64,000 nt of DNA from Alphaproteobacteria bacterium (GTDB taxonomy: Bacteria > Pseudomonadota > Alphaproteobacteria > MPNO01 > UBA830): the NCBI GenBank assembly GCA_965243135.1, contig OZ251539.1:5696001-5760000 (forward strand), read 5' to 3'. Positions within the stretch are counted from its first letter, which is position 1. Every line of letters starts with the position of its first letter. Both the position numbers and the translations under genes were made by a program. Under the pieces are notes generated by a model. It had not been told where the DNA came from and made no database searches. It was given only the letters and a program-made list of their open reading frames with translations. Shown piece by piece: positions 57,546-64,000 of this stretch.

Positions 57546-59087
57546 ATGACGAGACGCATGCTTCCGACCGGCATGACCTCCCTCCGGGAGATCCGGGGAG
57601 AGATGGATTGTTACTACGTCGACAAGACGGACCATGTGCGCCGCCTCGTCGAGAGGGGCAAGTACTATTTCCTGTCGCGTCCGCGCCGGTTCGGCAAGAC
57701 CCTCCTGGTGGACACGCTGCAGGAGCTGTTCGAGGGAAGCGAGGAGCTGTTCCGGGGCCTCGCCGTGCACGACGGGTGGGACTGGTCGGCGCGCCATCCG
57801 GTCGTGCGGCTGGATTTCAGCAGAGGGGGCGATTTCCGCGCCCAGGACGGGGTTCGCGTAGCCGTGGAAAGGCAGCTGGCGAGGGCGGAAAGGCGCGCCG
57901 GCCTCGAACCGTGCCTCGTCGAAGCGTCGGTTCGTTTCTGGGAATTGATCGAGGCCCTGCACGAGCGCACCGGGCAGCGCGTGGTCGTGCTGGTGGACGA
58001 ATACGACAAGCCGATTCTGGACGCGCTCGACGACCGGGAACTGGCGCGGGCCAACCGCGACTTCCTGCGCAGCCTGTACGGGGTGATCAAGGCCTGCGAC
58101 AGGCAACTGCGTTTCGTTTTTCTGACGGGAGTTAGCAAGTTCTCGCAGGCGGGCCTGTTCTCGGGCCTGAACAACCTGCGCGACATCACCCTCGATCCGC
58201 GGTTCGGCACCATCTGCGGCTACACGGACGCGGAACTGGATGCGGTCTTCGCTCCGGAACTCGAGGGCCTGGACCGGAACGAGGTCCGCCGCTGGTACAA
58301 CGGCTACAACTGGCGCGGGCCGGAAAGGGTCTACAGCCCGTTCGACATCCTCCTTCTCTTCGAAACGCGCGAGTTCGGCAACCACTGGTTCCTGAGCGGC
58401 ACGCCGACCTTCCTGGTCGAGACGCTGGCGCGCCGCAACCTGCCCACTCCCCGCCTGGACGGCATGATCAGCAGCGAAAACCTGCTCTCGACCTTCGACG
58501 TCGACAGGATCTCGGTCGAGGCGCTTCTGTTTCAGACCGGCTACCTCACCATCGCGGGCGAGGAGAACGGGCGCTACCGGCTGGACTACCCGAACCTTGA
58601 GGTGCGCCAAAGCCTGGGCGAAGCCCTGCTGGGAGAACTGCTCCCGGCCGAGGCCCGCGAGGAGACGGAGAACCTGCGGCTGGGCGAACTGCTGGAGGCG
58701 AACGACTTCAAGCGCATCGAGACCCTGTTCCGCGGCGTCTTCGCCGCCATCCCGCACCAGTGGTACGCGACCAGCCCGGTTGCGAAGTACGAGGCCCACT
58801 ACGCGAGCGTCATCCACAGCTGCTTCCTGATGGAGGGCCTCGAGCCGGTCGCGGAGGACAGCGGCAGCCGGGGGCGCGCCGACATGGCGATCCGCGTCGG
58901 CGGACGCGTCTACCTGTTCGAGTTCAAGGTGGTGGAGCGCGGGCGGGAGGGGACCGCGCTCGCGCAGTTGCGGGAGAAGGGCTATGCGGACAAGTACCGC
59001 CATCTCGGTCGTTCGGTGCACCTGATCGGGGTGGAGTTCAGCCGCGAGGAGCGCAACGTCGTCGGCTTCGATTGCGAGGCTGCCTGA
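57546..59087 (+). CDS. AAA-ATPase-like + PD-(D/E)XK nuclease protein, paralog E
   Basis: Same motif set; N-half like A/C, C-half nearly identical to B. Confidence 0.88.
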   Translation: MTRRMLPTGMTSLREIRGEMDCYYVDKTDHVRRLVERGKYYFLSRPRRFGKTLLVDTLQELFEGSEELFRGLAVHDGWDWSARHPVVRLDFSRGGDFRAQDGVRVAVERQLARAERRAGLEPCLVEASVRFWELIEALHERTGQRVVVLVDEYDKPILDALDDRELARANRDFLRSLYGVIKACDRQLRFVFLTGVSKFSQAGLFSGLNNLRDITLDPRFGTICGYTDAELDAVFAPELEGLDRNEVRRWYNGYNWRGPERVYSPFDILLLFETREFGNHWFLSGTPTFLVETLARRNLPTPRLDGMISSENLLSTFDVDRISVEALLFQTGYLTIAGEENGRYRLDYPNLEVRQSLGEALLGELLPAEAREETENLRLGELLEANDFKRIETLFRGVFAAIPHQWYATSPVAKYEAHYASVIHSCFLMEGLEPVAEDSGSRGRADMAIRVGGRVYLFEFKVVERGREGTALAQLREKGYADKYRHLGRSVHLIGVEFSREERNVVGFDCEAA

Positions 59088-59563
59088 AGCTGGGCGAGTG
59101 CGACGTCCCTTTCGAACATTTCGACGGCCGCCTCCGCGAAAGGCCGCCGCCCGCTCGCTGTCGGCCCTCTTCCGCGGCACGAACGGGTTGGAATCGGCCA
59201 GCCGCCGCGTCCAGTATCGTGCATGGCGGAGGCGCGCGGCACGCCCCTTGCGGCGGCGACCTGCCACTCTCGTCGGGCGCCACCAGCCGTTCCTTGACGG
59301 TCGACACCGCCTCCCCGCCTGCGACGACGCCCGGCCTTTCCGGACAGTGCGTTCCGGAGGCGGCGTCGCCTCCAACAGTTCTTCTGCGCGGGGAAATCCG
59401 AGGATCTGCCCGACTTCGGCGCGAACGTCATACAGTCGTTCCTGCCCGGGTGGAGCGGGTTTTTCCTCCCGTTTCCGAATTGCCGCGGATCAGCGAGAGA
59501 GCGCCGGCCGGGCCTGTGCGTCGTTCGCGGTTCCGCAAGCCTGCTTGTCCAAGCCGTTAGGTA

Positions 59564-61286
59564 GTGCCCGCCATAAAATAAGCAACTATCTGATTCTGCG
59601 CCTGATTCGGGGATTCCCGGTTGCAAAGATTCTCTGGATGTAGTAGAGATTCGGTCGGGTAGCCACGATATCAGGCATTCTTCGCGAGGTCAGGGCCATG
59701 AGAACGGTCGAGCAGGCGCAATTCCGGCTTGGGCAGCTGCGCGTACATCAAGCTCGATGCCAAGTCGCGTGACGACATTCCGGCGCTTTTGTGGGGTCTT
59801 CAGCACATTTACAAGGACAAAAAGACTCGGGCGGAGCTTTTCGCATTGCTGGACGCGCACATTTGCCCTGGTACTGACAGAAGCGTCGGAAGGCCGGGCA
59901 TGGAGATGTGGAAGATTCTGGTTTTGGGGATATCAAGGTTTGGGTTGCGATTTCGACCGCCTTCATGAACTTGCGAATCAGCACAAGACGGTTCGTGATG
60001 GGGCACAGCGACTTTGTGGACGATACCTACTACGAATATCAGACGGTTATTGACAATATTTCGCTTCTGACCCCCGAACTTTTGGCGGAGGTCCAGAAGC
60101 TTGTCGTGAAGACCGGTCATGAAGTCGCTAAAAAAACCCTGGCGCACCCTTGCGAGGCCGGTGTGATTCGTTTGTTGTGATTCGTTTGTTGTGGAAACCG
60201 ATGTCCATTACCGATCTTAACTTGCTACGGGAGCGCTGTTTAATAAGAGAGACCGGCAAGGCGGCTCAGAAATTTGAAGTTGGGGGATGGCGTCAATCTC
60301 AGCAATTGAGTCGAAAGGTTCACAAGCTGTTTAACAAGGTTCGCGGACGCAGGAAGCGTCAGGAAAAGGATGTAAAAGCGTATTTGAGATATTGCAGTCC
60401 GTTGGTTGATCGTGCCGAGAAGGCGATTCCGGAATTGCGAGAGAAAGGTGCCTTGCAGAAAAAGATTGAGGAAATTGAACGCTTTATACGCCATGCACGG
60501 CGACAGCCAGGGGTCGAACGCCGTCTTCTTCGGGGCGAGACAATACCGCAAGAGGAAAAGGTATTTTTCGAAGAACACACTCGCTGGATTCAAAAGGGGA
60601 AAGCGGGTGTTCCGGTAGAGCTTGGCGTTCCGGTTTGCGTTGTTGAAGACCAGTACCAATTCATTCTTGACCATAAGATATTATGGGAAGGCGGCGACAC
60701 GGATATAGCGGTTTCGATGATCCGTGACGTGCAAGAAAAGTATCCGGAACTGCGAGCCTGTAGTTTCGATCGCGGGTTCCACAGCCCTTTCAACCGATCT
60801 GAACGAGATACTCGATCTTAACGCTCTACCAAAAAAGGGGAAGCTGAATCGGGTCGAACGAGAAAGAGAGGAAGCTGAGGACTTCAAATTCGCTCGGCAG
60901 AAACACCCCGCGGTTGAGTCCGCGATAAACAATCTCGAACAACGTGGTCTTGATCGTGTTCGTACCTGTGGAGCTGACGGTTTCTCCCGAACGGTCGCAC
61001 TGTCGGTTCTCGCGTTGAATTTACATCGTATCGGGTTGCTATTGCAACGACAGGAACGGCGTCGAATACGACGCGCAGCCTGATTACTCTTCTCAGTTGT
61101 TCTGTTTCGTCTCGCGTAATTGGCTTTCTGTGTCCGAACTCTTAAAATTGGTTCCAGCGTGGGTCGCAAATGGCCGGTTCGAGACGAATACTTGCATATG
61201 CAATCGAATTTCTGACTGATTTGGCATCGGCGAGCGGCGACACGAGCTGCCCGGAGCGCAAAACCGGGGGGTTTTCTGGCGGGCAC
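59564..61286 (+). mobile_element. IS element (ISNCY/IS5-like DDE transposase), frameshifted
   Basis: IRs GTGCCCGCCA / TGGCGGGCAC; 6-bp TSD TAGGTA; SRDDIPALL, GRPGMEMW, FEEHTRWIQKGKAG, SFDRGFHS, HPAVESAINNLE..GLDR. Confidence 0.85.
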
Positions 61287-61288
61287 TA

Positions 61289-62403
61289 GTGTTGTGTCCC
61301 TTAAATAGATATTATATATCGGCGTGGGAAATTTTCAGGAGGAGGTCACCATGCCGAAAGGGAGGCCTGTCACGCCGCTCGTTCTCACTCAGGAAGCGCA
61401 ACTGCGCAGCATTGCGAATGCAACGTCGCTGCCCTGACTCTGCGCGCCAGGATCGTTCTGGAGTGCGCCGCGGGAATGTCGAACAGGGCGGTTGCCGAAA
61501 AGTTCGACGTTTCGCCGCTGACCGTGGGCAAATGGCGAAAGCGGTTTGTGGAAGGCGGGACCGAAGGACTGCACGACGAATTGCGCAGCGGCCGGCCCCG
61601 GACATACGACGACGAACGGGTTGCCGAGGTCATCAAGAGCGCGCTTCAGGAAACGCCGAAAAACGCGACGCACTGGAGCGTTCGCTCAATGGCCCGCCAT
61701 GCCGGCCTCTCGAAGAGCACCGTCCAGCGTTGGTTCGAGTTGTTCGGCGTCAAGCCCCACCTGCGCAAGACGTTCAAGCTGTCGACGGATCCGTTCTTCG
61801 TCGAGAAGGTGCGCGACATCGTCGGATCTCAACCCTCCGGAACACGCGGTGGTGCTGTGCGTCGACGAGAAATCACAGATTCAGGCCCTCGACCGTACCC
61901 AGCCGACCCTGCCCCTCGGGCTCGGCTATGTCGAGGGCTACACCCATGACTACATCCGTCACGGCACCACCACGTTGTTCGCCGCGCTCGACGTTGCCAC
62001 CGGACAGGTCATCGCCACTTGCAAGCAACGTCATCGTCACCAGGATTTCCTCGACTTTCTGCGCCTCATCGATCGTAATGTCCCTGAAGAACTCGACGTC
62101 CGTGGCTGACAACTACGCGACCCACAAGCATCCCAAGGTTCGTGCCTGCGCAGCGACCTCGCTACCATCTCCACTTCACCCCGACCTACGCTTCCTGGCT
62201 CAACCAGGTCGAGCGCTGGTTCGGCCACGGAGACCGCCCTTCGCCGGGGATCGTTCGCAAACGTCAGCCAATTAGTGAAATGCATCAAGCGGTTCACCGA
62301 AGACTACAATCGCGAGGCCGCCCCCTTCGTTTGGGCTGCTACCGCCGAGTCCATTCTCGAAAAGGTCCAGCGATTATCTATGCGTATTTCTGGGACAGAA
62401 CAC
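61289..62403 (+). mobile_element. IS630-family element, frameshifted
   Basis: IRs GTGTTGTGTCCC / GGGACAGAACAC, TA duplication; [38 protein letters not shown]. Confidence 0.9.
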
Positions 62404-62592
62404 TAGGTAGTCTGCCACAATTCGGCGGGGAGGCGCAGCGCCGCCTCTTTCGCCGCTGCGCGCTTGGCATTCGGCGGAGCCGTCGGCCGAACGGCCAGCG
62501 CGATGGGTCTCCGCAGTCGGCCAGTCGCGGTTCTGCCCGCCGGAAGGCATCTTCTCGACAGCTGGCGTTCCGTAGCCGACGCCCCGCCGTTG

Positions 62593-63130
62593 TCAGGGGT
62601 CTAGATGCGGTCCGATATATACGATACGGAGCCGCTCGCATGGAGGGGAAACAGGCCATTCGAAATGCATACGAAATGCCGGCGTCGAAATTTTGCCATG
62701 CCAAAAGCAGACCAACGTTCCTTCGCCGTCGGGATCGGGAAAAGTAAAGGTTTTCTCGGAGCGCTTACGGGGTTCCGACTCGTCCGAGAACCAAGCCCGT
62801 TTTCCCGTGAAGAAATTTGCGCGAAGTTCCATTCCTGCTTCGGAAAGCCTTCCCTCTTTGTCCATCTCATTCATCATTTTCTGGAGCACATGGAGCAGTT
62901 CGACAATCCTCCTTCCTGCAGGCGGATGATATGGGTAAGGTGCGAGCGCACTATCGCAGTATTCGCCAATGCGCAGACGGTTGAAGCGCTCACGGGATCC
63001 AGAAAGAAGTTCCGTCCACGTCTTCGGATCCGGCTTGGAATTCAGCAATTCAGCCGCAAGATCGCTCGCCCTCCGAAAGTTCTCGACAGGCACTTGCGCG
63101 ATGGGTTTCTCTAAGAATCCATGAGTGACG
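62593..63130 (-). pseudogene. 5'-truncated hypothetical protein with a RelE-like C-terminal pattern
   Basis: WFSDES..FTFPDP..CFWHGKI..RMHFEWP..IVYIGPH; upstream part replaced by an IS end. Confidence 0.5.
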
Positions 63131-63193
63131 ATTAACGGATCGACGGTAAAACGGGATTCGGGGTTTTGGACTGGGCTGAAGGTAGAGGCGGGC

Positions 63194-64000
63194 GGGTGCA
63201 AATCTGATATTGCCAAATTGAAAAATCTATAAGGTGTTGATTTTTAAGGATTAACAAAGTTTGCGCGATAGCGCTTCAAGGCCAAAATCAGCGATTTCGT
63301 GACAAATCGCCGTTCCGGGCGCGGATTTTGTCACGATGGCGGGGGGGGGGGGGGCGCGAAAAAAGGAATGCTCCAAGCCGCAAGATGCGGTAAAATGTTG
63401 GCATCAAACCACAACATCAGGAGCATTCCCATGCCAGCATTACAGCCTTCGGCCGGTTTGTCCATCGATTTCTCGAAGCTCCCCGCGGCGACTGCCGAGG
63501 CATTCCAGTCAGCCGCAGCCTTCGAGTGGGTGGAACGACAAGATCAGGGTTCCGAGGCGTTCGCCGGTTTCGAAACCGAGTTGTTCCAGCATACCTACGC
63601 GATCTGCCGGGCGGCCGTAGGCGATTACATTGAAGCGCGGGACGTGGAGGAAGGCCCGGTTCGCCGGGAGGGTCAGGTTTTCTACCGGGCTGCACCGACG
63701 CAAAAGACCATCCACACATTGTTCGGTCCTGTCACGTTCTCCCGCTCGCGGTATCGCGTGCATTCGGGAAGTTCGTCCATCTCGCCGGTCGATGAAAGCC
63801 TGGGGCTGGTCGACGGTTATCTCACGGTTCCAGCCGCTTACCGCGCTCTCCATGGACCACTGTACGCCGAGAGACGCGGTCAAACTCTTCGAAAAACTGG
63901 GGGGCATGAACCCGTCGACGAGCCATCTGCAACGTCTTTTGGTTACGGCGGGCGATCTCTGGAAGGAGAAAGGCGAGGCGGCCATGGACGAAATCCGGAA
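63194..64000 (+). mobile_element. ISKra4-like element, left end and transposase N-terminus (runs off window)
   Basis: GGGTGC start; ORF from 63431 with TLFGPVTFSRSRY..PVDESLGL..LTVPAA; frameshift to ..PSTSHLQRL. Confidence 0.65.

Noticed and set aside
63341-63354. G14 tract as a phase-variation switch
   Set aside because: Lies in the non-coding left end of a frameshifted IS, and homopolymer length is error-prone.

Overview
High-GC accessory region, probably from an alphaproteobacterium (inference from the IalB gene, TRAP systems and Amt; the gene content is reminiscent of marine or host-associated symbionts). Intact metabolic modules: a Liv-type ABC transporter with a flavin monooxygenase, amtB, an ECH/thiolase-like/OB-fold/CoA-ligase/ACAD/UbiD catabolic operon, an aldehyde dehydrogenase and two TRAP systems. 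These are interleaved with decaying toxin-antitoxin, restriction-modification and IS material. Main signals: (1) five paralogous AAA-ATPase-like + PD-(D/E)XK nuclease genes whose N- and C-terminal halves are combinatorially reassorted around an identical 17-bp junction, each with the same leaderless sigma70-type promoter; (2) an AhpD-like gene with an in-frame UGA in a CxxU-xxxH motif, a candidate selenoprotein; (3) an autotransporter-IalB pair with a G12 tract at its start, bracketed by a diverged inverted repeat; (4) an inactivated KpnI-like R-M system and other defence candidates. No rRNA, tRNA or CRISPR array was seen. All family assignments are by eye from motifs; no searches were run.
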